DNA of 64,000 nt, from positions 1,714,761 to 1,778,760 of the forward strand of contig BDGG01000008.1 of the NCBI GenBank assembly GCA_001949185.1, in the 5' to 3' direction. Origin of the DNA: Ramazzottius varieornatus (taxonomy: Eukaryota; Animalia; Tardigrada). Position numbers and translations under genes: made by a program. Below, piece by piece: positions 52,901 to 64,000 of the stretch. The notes below the pieces were generated by a model that saw only the letters and a list, made by a program, of their open reading frames with translations, did no database searches and was not told where the DNA came from. How positions within the stretch are numbered: position 1 is the first letter of the stretch; the number at the start of each line of letters is the position of its first letter.

Positions 52901-55900
52901 ACTCGTGCTTAGCGCCACCACCACAACAACAACAACCACAACCACCACGACCCCGACTACCTCAACAACAAAAGTGACGACCTCGACCACACCGAAGCCA
53001 TCAGTGGATTTGTCTTTCTTGATGAATTCCCGCCTGTCGCCAGAAGAACTACAGAAACGGCTGCTTCCATTGCTGGTGCAGTTTAATGAAGAGTTAAGAA
53101 ATAAGACCACAGCGTTATCTACTACCACAGCGAAAGTGACGGCAACAGTATCCTCAACAACCACTCCCACCACAACTGTGAAGACAACGGCGAGATCGAC
53201 AACTACCGACGCATCAGACGCGACTTATCGTACACCTGTGTCCCACCGGAAAAAAACTGTGTCGCTCTTCGGAGGTGAAAATTAACGATTTGTACAGTGT
53301 AGGCAATTAAGGTACTCTAAAAGGGGGAGGGCCAAATCGAGTTTTCGACAAGTGGCGTAGAAACTCCAGCTCGAAGTAATCAGCAGATCAAGCGGCAGTT
53401 CACGTGTCTGGATTGCAGCTTGATCAGCTGTTTGCTTTCTGCGTCACGTCGATTTTGGCCTTGCCCCCTCTTGGAGTACCTTATTTGCCTACACTGTATG
53501 TCGTTCATCTTGACATCTTGTCGAGGTTGAAAATGCATAAGCATTCTCGGAGTCAAACTCTTGTCGTTTTTCCTACAGGGTTGTTTAACAGTCTGGCAAA
53601 TTTCGGAACCCGTCGTTCACGGCCTCACACAAAGGTCAACTCAATCGAAGATCCAAATGGTGATTTAGACGACCAAACGTCAGCTCTGACCACAAAGCCA
53701 GCAGTTTCTACCACCATAAAGCCGACAACCACCACGACCATCCTCCCAACAACGACAGCACCAGGAAAGCGACGACGCCCGGTTACTCCTTCACGGGTGG
53801 CGACAGACCCTTCAAGCTCTGCAAGCGATCATAAGACTGATGCAGCCAGCTCATCTGTTCCTGGTTTCTCCGATATCCTAGGCGGTAAAGTTACCGAGCT
53901 TTGCGAAGACATGGTTGACTTATTTTATTTTATTTTATTTTATTATTTTATTTTATTTTATTTTATTTTATTTTATTTTATTTTATTTTATTTTATTTTA
54001 TTTTATTTTATTTTATTTTATTTTATTTTATTTTATTTTATTTTATTTTATTTTATTTTATTTTATTTTATTTTATTTTATTTTATTTTATTTTATTTTA
54101 TTTTATTTTATTTTATTTTATTTTATTTTATTTTATTTTATTTTATTTTATTTTATTTTATTTTATTTTATTTTATTTTATTATTTCGTATTTTTGGGAT
54201 GGGTCACACCATCAAATGTTTTCTTGTAGGGCTGGGCACGCTATTTGGTAGTCTGTTGGGTGGCCGTCCTTCTCGACCTGACGGACAAGGTGCCGCATAT
54301 GATCCTCTGGCCGGCTTGAAAACAGTAAACGGTAAAGTTGACATGTCGGATCCGAAAGTACAACAGCAGGTAGCAAAGCTGATGCAGCAGGCTAATCCCA
54401 AAGGAGGTCCAAGCAACCTCAACGGAAAATTCGATCTTCACGACCCCAAAGACCAATTGGAGTTTGTCAAATTCATGAGCAACTTTGAGAAGTACCAGCC
54501 TTCTTCCTCACAAAAAAATGGTAAACAACTCCATTTCTACTAGAAACTGTCATATGATGTCGAGGTCTTCTCTAACCAAGTTTGCATCTTTCTCAGGAGA
54601 GCAAAGCTCATTGTTTCCTAGGCCGCCTCCTGGATCACAAGGTTCTTCGCCACCTGACACAGAACCTGATTTCCCAACTTTCGTCCAGCCAGAACCACCC
54701 ACCACAACGACCACAACCACAGTGGCACCAACTGGACCAGTTCCTATTGCTATTCCTGTTGACGGCTTAAGTCCAGAAGCGTTAGCTATCCTGAAGCAGA
54801 TGCAGAAACCCGGATACTATAACTGTAAGGCAGTTGATAACTCCTAATATTTTTGTGTTCATCGGTTAAATAATATTGGGCTTCTGTAGTAACAAAGGAG
54901 CAAATTGAGCTGATCCAGCCCGTTCTCAAAAGAATTCGGGACCGTCCAGCGCAACAGGGTCCGCCAGCACCAATCGTCCCAGAACCCACCACTGCAAAGC
55001 CCTTCCGAGAACGCCCAGGTCTGTTTAATATGCAATTTAGCGGAACAGGTGGCGGAGACCCGTGGGCCGGCAACGCCGGTTCGCCGCCAGTACCACCTGT
55101 CTTTCCCGTTCCGATGGAGATTCTTCCGCCTCCGAGCACCACTACCACCACCACCACCATCACCACCACCACGACATCCACTTCTACTGCAGCCCGACCG
55201 GTGGCGGAAGGGAAAATGATGGCCCCGTTGAGCGACAGTCGAATGCAGTACGTCCAAGCAGCGCCCTCTGTCAAACAGCCGCAACAACCGCCTTTCAGTG
55301 CGGTTCTTCCAACTCAAGGTATTTGAAATTGAGAAATAATCCCACCGGAAGCTGTCAATAGTGTAGTGGTACGTTTTTCCATAGACTGTCCTGTGGATTG
55401 TCGAGACCAAGATTCGTTTTCGTTGTGCGACACAAAAATTGGAGCTTGTGTATGCCAGCCCGGATACCGATCTTCCCTCCTGATGGGAAACGGATGTACT
55501 AGTAAGTACCGCTTACTCAACAGGATGAAGCTCAGCCCCACACTAACTTTCTTTACGATGAGCGGGTATTTTTCTACAGAAACTTTGTTCTCGCTCTGTT
55601 CGGCGGACGAAGATTGTCGGAGTGGTGGAGACGTTAATGCAGAATGTTCCTTCAATGGGCTGAACCGCTTCTGCACCTGCTCCAACGGATATTTGGCTGA
55701 CGCCAACGGAGTTTGCAAACGTAAGCTCATTTCCTTTCCGGAGCTGAGTGCAAAGGTTGAGAAGAATGGTCTATTTTATTCTTCCAGCCATGTTCACGGA
55801 ACGGTGTACCGGCGTCTGCAACATTCCGAACGCCGTCTGCGACCAGACTCGAGGGGTCTGTCGTTGTCCTACCGGCTATGCGTGGTATCGAGATCCATGG

Positions 55901-56438
55901 ACCGGTCAAGCAGTTTGTCGAGGTATGCCAAACCAACCTGAATACTGCCCCTGTAAATTCATGCAATCTTTCCTCCTCGTAGCTGCCGTTGGAGGCAACG
56001 TCCCCTGCAGGAGTGACCAAGACCTTTGCCCAATTTACACGCCACGAGGAAAATGCAGGAATAATGCTTTCTGTGGGTGCGAAGATGGGTACATACCGGA
56101 TTCGTGGTTCACGAACAGGAGTGAACGGACAAACTGTATAGGTAAGCTGGAGCGAAAACGATGCTTCGGCATGTTGGATCACTAGCTGCACACCGTAGCG
56201 TGCGGTGATTCTGTTCGAAAGACCGGCGACTTTATGAGCCGAGCATTTACGCCTTACAGACTGAACATTAACGCAACCTTTTTCTACAGATGTTCTATCG
56301 GCAAAATGCGACGACAACAGCGACTGCACAGCAGGAGACCGAAACACGGTCTGTGACAGAAGACTACGGATGTGTGTTTGCAAACCCGGCTTCAAGCCCG
56401 ATCCTTTTCACAGTGCGGCCTGCGTGCCGTCGTTTTGA
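49901..56438 (+). CDS. Large secreted protein: N-terminal Cys-rich/EB-like modules, central Thr/Ser/Pro mucin region, C-terminal EB/EGF-like modules
   Basis: Signal MPEVYFCFSLIFYFL. Successive GT-AG junctions keep frame from 49901 to ...SAACVPSF* (TGA 56436-56438). Modules such as CSADEDC..NAEC..FCTCSNGY..C. Confidence 0.78.
53310..53480. mobile_element. Intronic MITE (PIF/Harbinger-like ends)
   Basis: TAA|GGTACTCTAAAAGGGGAGGGCCAAATCGA ... TCGATTTTGGCCTTGCCCCCTCTTGGAGTACC|TTA. Confidence 0.65.
53920..54186. repeat. (TTTTA)n microsatellite in an intron
   Basis: About 50 pentamer units between donor G|GTAAAG (~53885) and acceptor TGTAG (~54228). Confidence 0.98.
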
Positions 56439-58289
56439 GAACCTTCGACTTGAGCGTCGTGGTCTTGTTTACCTAGTGCCTAGGCTAGTGGTTTCTTGTT
56501 TTACTCTTCACGTGGTGAACAAGTTGTTATTGTTGAATGTTTACTCATTAGTTTTTTCTGAAGTACCCTTGAGATGTAAAGCAAGCTTTTCAAGATGATA
56601 CACCACTACAAGATTACGTACTGGAACAATTCAACCAACGCAGGAAACGAGCGAAAAACCCGGTGACAACATGAGCTAGCTGTTCGTTTCGCTGTAAGCT
56701 GTAAGTTTGCAGCGAAATCATTTTGCTGTTACTCGGTGCAACATCTTTTGAACCAGCATCATCTTAACAGCCCAAAATACGGAGACTGCAAAATAAGCCA
56801 GGATATTCATATCGATACGATGGAAGACACAAGCCCAAGAAACAAGTCTTAGACACAATTGTGAGTTCCACGACAGAGGGCGCTCGACGCGGAAATCCGC
56901 ATCACCTTTTTGGTAATTGTCACGGTGGTTTTGTATCTGCCGTCGTGCGCTGGTTGGAGAAGAAGACGAAACGAGCCACCTGAGCTTTGAGAAGAACAGT
57001 TCCACTTAACCATGGCGACTTCGGTTCGAGGGCTTACTTCAAGCCAAGTCAGTTGTCCTTTCCATATAGAGGAGGTCCTTTACTGCTTATTTTAGGTGCT
57101 CGTCTTGACAAACAAAGCGGCGCCGTTAGACTGAACCAAATCATACACCATGAGATCTGCTTCTGCACTCTGCATCCATCAATCCGCTTTTATACCAGCC
57201 TCTGTGCGGTCTGACAAAGTGTCCAGGTTAGGTTACGCTGTGAATCTGCACGTCGTCTACTGTATTTCGATAATTTCGCAATATCTTCCGACCTTATCTT
57301 CTGTGTACAGAAGCGTTATTGACCATTTGGATTTTGCTATTATTTGGCGCCGAGGATGGGCGGTGCAAAGTTCAATGTCGGAGACGTTCGCCCGGACATC
57401 AAGCGCAGTGGAGTAGAAGAGTGAGCAATCGACTTCCTGCTTGTTCTGACAGGCAGATAATCTTAGCACTTGAATATGAGACTGATTAATTCTTCTGCTT
57501 TCCAGAATTCCTCCACTCTTGCGCTTTTTTATCCTAATAACAGCCATGTTGTTCGGCACTGCACTTGGACTTGGTTTGGCCATCATACTTCGGTGAGACT
57601 TATTCAGAAGCACCTCACCAACTTCATCCAGATTGCTTTCCCAAGTGGCGCACACTTCTGGCCAACAACACTGGAAGCGCGTTCCACTTAGGACTATGGT
57701 CTGCTTGAATTCATTAGCGCTTCCCGTCCAAACTAGCGCTTACATTTTACAGGCCTCGAATCGCGGAAGTAATTGATTCTAAATTTGCCGTGATGGTCCC
57801 CTCCTACGATGAGTAACCATAATTTCCACGATCGGGCTCATACGAAAGCACAAGCAGCTGTCCAAACAGCAACCAGGAAAATCACACTTTATTTATCACT
57901 CTCGGGTTTCAAATCTCACCACTTTCAGAGGTCAGAGGATATTCTGTACAAGTATTGCCCGTTAGCCGAAGCTTCATTGCTACCAAAAGAGTACCACCGA
58001 AATACTGGATTGAGCGAAAGAAACAACGGCTAGCGCCACAGCGAAGAGGAACCCTCCTGTAAAAGTGCGAGGTTTGGGGATCACATCAAAAAGTATCTAC
58101 AGTTTAAATTAACCACAAGCTACCGCCTAAAACCAGAAATCGCCGAGTAATCAATCATCGGAGAACATTAAGGTTTAAAATGTTTGGCACACCGTTAGAT
58201 AAAAGTAAAGTCATTGCTTCTTTGGGCTTTCACACTGCAACACACAGCAGATCCGACCTGTTGAGAAACCTTCCATTTTTTACCTCTCT

Positions 58290-59902
58290 CTAAATCTCAC
58301 TCTTCTTCCTGCTGGCCCAGAAATCTTCCCAGTCGAATGGAGTGAACTCTGGGGAAATAGGAAGCGTCAAATAAAATCATCTGTCCGTGCGCTGAGTTCA
58401 AAGTTGCTCGAAAATTATTCACTGCTCGTCAATCAATAAGCCTGTCAAAACTGTTTTGGGGCTGGCAAGCCGCTCAGGACAAACACAACTTGCTCACCGC
58501 CCTGAACACACGCATGAGATACTTACCGATTGGCTTGCCGTGTTCGCTGGGATCGTAAATTCGGCCTCGTCCGGCTTGAATGGCTTTCTTTGCTTCCTTG
58601 AAGGCTATAAATATTCCAGAATGCACGTAAACCACCATGAGGCATCCTCTATGGGCGGCCGATGAGTGCATAAGTAAATGTGCTCTCAAAATCTTACAGC
58701 ATACACTTTTGATATGTATCAAAACAGTAGGGTACTGTTTTGAACTGTACTATATTGTAGACCAAAAAAGTACCCTACTGTTTTGAACCATACTGTAGTA
58801 TAGATCAAAACTGATGCATACCAGTTTTGATCTATACTGTGACATTAGTCAAAAATGTACCATACTGTATTGTGTGGTACTTGCACTCACAAAACTGCTG
58901 TACTTTTCGATAGTACTTTTGTAGAGTTGGTTTCTGTGTGCGATGTCCCATATGAATACAGTAATCCGCAGGCGTGGCTTTATTCATGTAGGACATCACA
59001 AACAGAAACCAACTCTCCAAAAGTACTATCAAAAAGTTTAGCAGTTTTGTGAGTACAAGCACCACACAAAACAGTATGGTACATTTTTGACTAATGTCAC
59101 ACTATAGATCAAAACCGATATGCATCAGTTTTGATCTATACTACAGTATAGTTCGAAAAGTAGGGTACTTTTTTGGCCTGTACTATAGTATAGTTCAAAA
59201 CAGTACCCTACTGTTTTGATACATATCAAAAGTGTGTGCTGTAAGATTTTGAGAGCACATTTACTTATGCACTCATCGGCCGCCCATAATTCTCTGCCTT
59301 CAAAATAACAAATTTCGCAATCCGGTCGACTGCAATGCACAGTGACAGGCAGGCGAATACGAAAACACGACGCACCTTTCTCCATGTGGTCTAGAACTTC
59401 TTTATGGTTGAATGGCCTTCCTGAAACTCTGGTGTTCCGAGGAGAGGCAGGGGTCGGTTGAGCAGCGGTCAGAGGTTTCTTAAAGGAGGATGAGGGGAAG
59501 AAGACATGACTAGACTGGAGCATCGGCTGACCACGAGGATGTGCGTAGGATTCCTTTTGGGCAATGACGGCGCCCTGACGGGCAACGGCGCTTCCTGGTC
59601 GCTCCAACTCCTGGCTCGAGGACCTATCAAAAAACTTCTGATTATATTCCTATGTAACACACTCCGAGATCATAGACTTACCCAGCGGAGGATGTGCGAC
59701 TCAGAGGTGTGGAGATGGAAGGAGAAGTTGGCGTGCCCGATGAGCTATCATGACTTCCTGTCGATCCCGCGCGGTAGACATGCTGCCGCTGCTGCGAATC
59801 CCGTCCGTAATTCAGATTTTCATTCCGTGATTTTCCAGAAGCTCCACCAAAGTCTCGTCTATTGTAATCCGGATTGTTGTTATAGAAAACTACGGAAGAC
59901 AT
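58290..59902 (-). CDS. MCRIP1/MCRIP2 (FAM195)-family protein, 4 exons
   Basis: Splices to MSSVVFYNNN...FNHKEVLDHMEK|AFKEAKKAIQAGRGRIYDPSEHGKPI|EFTPFDWEDFWASRKKSEI*, which parallels the FAM195 pattern HEE.V.F..EAW...Y......F.P.DL..WW. Confidence 0.72.
58653..59285. mobile_element. ~630-bp foldback (long-TIR) element in the MCRIP-like intron
   Basis: GGGCGGCCGATGAGTGCATAAGTAAATGTGCTCTC... is inverted over most of the length; flanked by TAT / ATA (2-bp AT or TA TSD). Confidence 0.9.
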
Positions 59903-60797
59903 GACCAGTGAAATTAATTCGAGGTATATTCCGTAGTGGATCACACAAGCCACAAGCATCAGCGTCACCACGTGACGTAACACACGGTGATTAACCGTAG
60001 AAATCCACGTGACCGCGCTAGTTACAAGAGAAACCGCACAGCTGCGCGGTCAGCTGACGACATCACTTTCGATCAAGGCTGCGCCATTTACCTTTGCCTT
60101 TCTGCCGGTACGTCTGGGATTTAATCGCGCTTGAAGATGTAGTCACGGGAGGATACATCTACTTGATATTCCGCAAAGTGAGGGACATGAAAGATGAGGT
60201 TGTGGATGGATTGACAAGCGACAGGAGCACGAAGGCAAAAGAACGTTCAATGTTCACCGCAGCGCACTTTCGGAATGGTGATAGCCGATAGTGGTGGATT
60301 TGCCGATCGGCAGCTTCGCAAAACGCCTTACGCCCGTCTCGGCTAAGTTAGCATCAAAATTAGGTCCAGACAGCCCCGCCCTTTCTGTCTCTCTTCCTGC
60401 TGTATCAGCGACCACACATCCGCCGCTGCGATGACGTCACGATCAGCTGGAGTCGTTATTAATCAGGCAGGAGCGTCTGCAACCGAAAACGTTATCCTAA
60501 CGTCAGAGTACCTTGCTAAAGGCAGGTGTAGTGGTAGAGTAGCCGGTTTACGTCATTAACTGGTTTTGTGTCTAATGATTCAGAAAAGAACCATAATTGT
60601 GATTGACTCCCTCGGTACGCGTACTGTGCGTAGGCAATCAACCACCGTCAGCTCCGTAAAGGGGTTGATTGTCTATTTTCCTTCAAACAGAATCTCCATT
60701 CAATTGTGTTTTCGCGCAGCAAGAAAGATCTCCCGCTGATCATCTTGTATTCAGATCTCCGATCTCATTCTAGGAACACCCTTCTGTTGCTGGCAGG

Positions 60798-61175
60798 ATG
60801 GCAGAAGTTGGGAACGCTTCTGGGAAGCCGTCGACAACTTCACAGCTATCCAGCACCTTTCCTTTCCAGAAGGCTTCGCACGAGACCAAAGTCCAGTGGG
60901 AATATCGGAAGCGCTTTCTTGAGTACTACAACGGACAGTATCCGGACGATCAACTGGAGTGCTGGTCCAAAATTATATCCAACGCTAAATTTTATGGTTG
61001 CAAGTAAGGAATTCATCGACATCAGGCTCATGTGCTGTACAGTTCTGCGCATCGTTCCGTTGATTCCGTCCTGATTTGGCAAAATTTTCTTTGCAGGTAC
61101 AACAAGGTGGTCATGGACCAGCTGAACGAACTGTTACCCGCCATAGGAGAAGACAGAATTCTTCCTCGTAGCTGA
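60798..61175 (+). CDS. CDKN2AIPNL: XRN2-binding-domain (XTBD) protein, CDKN2AIPNL/PAXT-1-like; 2 exons
   Basis: HETKVQWEYRKRFLEYY...DDQLECWSKIISNAKFYGCK|YNKVVMDQL matches the XTBD pattern E...W..R..F......L..LS....N..F.GC.Y. Confidence 0.85.
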
Positions 61176-61739
61176 AGCACTGATCGTGGTAATGGATTAA
61201 AAATTTTTCTGTGATGCGTCCAGGGTACGTCGCACGTCGGAGCGTTTCGTCTTTTTGAGAAAGAATAGCACTTGAATGCTTTTTGTTTACTTTTATTGTT
61301 GTCTTTCTGTAATTTATTTGGCTACTTAGGCTACTCCGATTTTTGCGCATTTCCTGCACGTTTCGTGTGCGCCCTTTTGGCGTGGAAGGTATGCATTCCG
61401 GAGGAAGGTAGCCAGATCCCCCACATGGAAGGATCACTTCCGGCTGAAACATCGAAATAATAATTTATTATCGCCATGATATCGGCAACCCGCTGGCAGT
61501 GTTGTGTTACTTTTGCGACCACTGGCGTCCATCAATCAAAACAAAGACCTGTTTCAAGCTATGCATGTTCGCTTGATTGCTGATTGACTGAAACGAACGG
61601 AATCTCAGTTTTTTCGTTTGAAAATTGACAAATCTTTTGCCATTTTTCGTTTTCCAACTTTTCTTCTGTTCCCGTCCGATCGTCATCCTGCAAACAGCCG
61701 TTTTGCTCTGTTGTTTGACAGCATTGACTAGAGATTAGG

Positions 61740-63322
61740 ATGATTCTGCTGGAGATCAAGAATCGTATCGTAGAGGAGACTTTCAAACTACGATTCGAGA
61801 ATGCCAAGCAAGGGTAAACTTTGTACATTTGTCTGCCCCTGTCGACCCTGATACAGTGATGCTCGTTGTACCAGTATTACACCCATCCTTTGCAGGAACA
61901 AGCCCGAGAATGTGGACATCACTTTTGCAGACTTCGATGGAGTGTTATTCCATGTGTCGAACCCGAATGGAGACAAGTCAAAATTACGAGCAAGTCTTCT
62001 TCCTCAGCCATCGGCTATACGATTGATTGCTTGATGGGTTGTTTTTCTAGATGAGCGTCTCGCTGAAATTCTACAAAGAGCTCCAAAGTCACGGTTGCGA
62101 CGACCTTCTGAAACAACAGTATGCAGCGTTTCTGTGTCCAACGGAAGAAGGGTACAGCGTTAGCCTGGAATACGAGCTCGACAAGATCGCCGCGTGCAGT
62201 CAAGAAGAGATCGACCAAGTGATCGCACAAGCAGCTTTCATCAAGCGCAACTGTTTCGCTTCGGTCTTTGAGAAATACTTTAACTTCTTGGAAAAAGGTG
62301 AACTGGGACATGAAAGGGCTGTCATTCACTACCGCGACGATGAAACAATGTAAGATGACTCTTGGAAATATTGCCGATATGGGAGGGGGGCTGTGGGAGC
62401 TCGGCATACAAACTCGACAAGATTGTTTTCTCAAGTGAAGTGGCGCACGTTTTTAAAGGTGTTAATCGAAAGCGTGCACCACTTGGAGAAACGATCTTGT
62501 AGAGTATGGTCCGGTCATCACTGACGGCGTTTTATATTCGTTTGTAGGTATGTCGAAGCGCAGCATGACCGAGTGACGGTCATCTTCAGCACGGTGTTCA
62601 AGAGCGCGGATGATATCGTCATCGGGAAAATCTTCTTGCAAGAATTCAAGGAAGGCCGCCGCGCTTCCGCCACAGCGCCACAAGTTCTCTTCTCGCACAG
62701 AGACCCACCTGGAGAATTACAAGGAACCGACGCTCGAGTTGGTGAGAATATCGGATATATCACATTTGGTAAGTTCACAATCCGTTCGGTGTGTATGTAC
62801 CCCAGATACCGCCAGAAAATACCCTGGAGTTTCTTTTGGGGCGTCACAGTGTTGTTGCCTCGCCACATCAACAAACAAGCCCGGGATAACACCATCAACC
62901 TGATCCACACAGTCCGTGATTACATTCACTACCACATCAAGTGCTCCAAGGCCTATATCCATTCACGGATGCGAGCAAAGACTTCCGAGTTCGTCAAGGT
63001 CTTGAACAGGGCGCGACCAGAGCCTAAAGACAGGACACGCAAAACTATCACGTAAGAAAGGGGAGGCCGGCAAACGGACTCAACAAGATAGTTTTCTCCA
63101 GTGGCGCACTTTTCAGCATTATCTGTTGAATGGGTGCGCCACATTGGAAAAACTATCTTGAGTTCATTTGCCGAAGGCCCCAAAACATCGGATTCGGTCC
63201 TTTATAGTTGGTTTTTCTTCCCGAAGGATGGGCTGACGTCAGTTTTGACCCGACTACATCATCTTTCTGACTTTTGGTGTTTTTTTTCCAGGGGCAAGAC
63301 CTTCGTCCAAGCTGAATACTGA
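61740..63322 (+). CDS. ARPC2: Arp2/3 complex subunit 2 (p34-Arc), multi-exon
   Basis: [77 protein letters not shown]. Confidence 0.97.
63060..63181. mobile_element. ~120-bp palindromic intronic MITE (same family as in the SMAD4 and INTS3 introns)
   Basis: GGGGAGGCCGGCAAACGGACTCAACAAGATAGTTTT...CAGTGGCGCAC...GTGCGCCAC...AAAACTATCTTGAGTTCATTTGCCGAAGGCCCC, flanked by AAA on both sides. Confidence 0.78.
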
Positions 63323-63703
63323 CACATACCGCTGAAACACCAATGCGCTTCTATGGTTCCTCGTTTCCAGTTATCTGCAGCTTCAAAGTCTCAACGGTCG
63401 GTCGCTTCGATTCGCCTTGTAAGTTTAACTTTTACTTCGATCAATAATGGTTGTTGTTCCAGTTCGCAGTTTGCAGTTTTATTTTTTATACATTCGTAAA
63501 TGTGAAGCAACACTCACGACGGTCTCGTCGTTTCGGAGTCTATGAAATCAAGGCCGAAAAACCACAAAAAATGAACATATCGAACATTCCTGTATACGAT
63601 ACGCCAAGCAACTGCTACAAAAGTTCAACGTAAGGCTTCGGAAACGTAAGGCAAAGAATACTGAAATGATTTTGTCGATGTTTGCCCACGTCGACGTCGC
63701 AGG

Positions 63704-64000
63704 TCAAAAAGACACTTCCGTTCCAGCTCGGCTGTGATACGGTGAAACGCTTCCGGGCATGTACACAGGCGCTCGTGGGGCAGGACTAGGTTGTCTCGTT
63801 CCACTGTGACCGTAAGCGGCTTCCACCGCTTGCGACGTGTTCGAATCCATATTCACTCCTGAATGCATTCCCGCATTCAGGAGCGAGCTGACTTTCGACC
63901 CAACACCACCATCCTTCGCCGGCGGTGCTTGCAGGTGCTTGTATGCCCTCACGTTATCCACCCCATTCAACAGCCCATTTACAGCGTGACCATTCCTCAT
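63704..64000 (-). CDS. 3' end of an unidentified gene (low-complexity tail), truncated by the window edge
   Basis: Open frame running from the window edge to a stop at 63704; no recognisable motif. Confidence 0.5.
   Translation of the reverse strand: MRNGHAVNGLLNGVDNVRAYKHLQAPPAKDGGVGSKVSSLLNAGMHSGVNMDSNTSQAVEAAYGHSGTRQPSPAPRAPVYMPGSVSPYHSRAGTEVSF

Noticed and set aside
47638-53173. Long Val-rich minus-strand ORFs
   Set aside because: Antisense shadows of Thr-rich mucin exons.
53404-54543. 379-aa ORF with (FYFIL)n that looks like a membrane protein
   Set aside because: Translation of an intronic (TTTTA)n microsatellite; flanking GT-AG sites remove it in frame.
58605-59380. Idea that the foldback element disrupts a coding exon (ENYRGCLMVV...)
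   Set aside because: The acceptor TTTATAG at 58605 gives MEK|AFKEAK, which fits the FAM195 alignment better, so the element is intronic.
1228-61175. Functional cluster of RNA processing/termination genes (DHX35, INTS3, WDR82, XTBD)
   Set aside because: Interspersed with unrelated genes; expected by chance in a gene-dense genome unless synteny shows otherwise.
1-64000. CRISPR arrays, rRNA/tRNA genes, bacterial operons or clear horizontally acquired genes
   Set aside because: None seen; the recognisable conserved genes are intron-containing eukaryotic types and the repeats are MITEs or microsatellites.

Overview
Gene-dense eukaryotic (invertebrate) genomic DNA with short spliceosomal introns (~55-300 nt) and three 50-N scaffold gaps. 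The compactness and the lineage-specific families resemble a tardigrade genome such as Ramazzottius, but that is an inference. Conserved genes reconstructed by hand from splice signals: DHX35, MBTPS2 (site-2 protease), TPK1, INTS3, WDR82, SMAD4/Medea, an MCRIP/FAM195 homologue, an XRN2-binding-domain (CDKN2AIPNL-like) protein and ARPC2. Secreted or lineage-specific genes: a small Gly/Arg/His-rich secreted protein with an acidic tail, an astacin with an in-frame TAG at a conserved Trp position, a Ly6/three-finger GPI protein, a clip-domain trypsin, a Thr-rich mucin and a large EB-module/mucin protein. The middle of the window (~24.5-43 kb) is an accessory zone with a decayed Helitron, pseudogenes (multi-pass membrane protein, receptor guanylyl-cyclase ectodomain, DHDH), a BEN-like gene fragment and many non-autonomous DNA transposons with identifiable TIRs and TSDs. 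The most distinctive non-genic signal is a ~120-bp palindromic element (core CAAGTGGCGCAC...GTGCGCCACTTG) found repeatedly in introns of the conserved genes, including one copy nested in another with a 3-bp ATT duplication. No database searches were run; family calls rest on recognised motifs.
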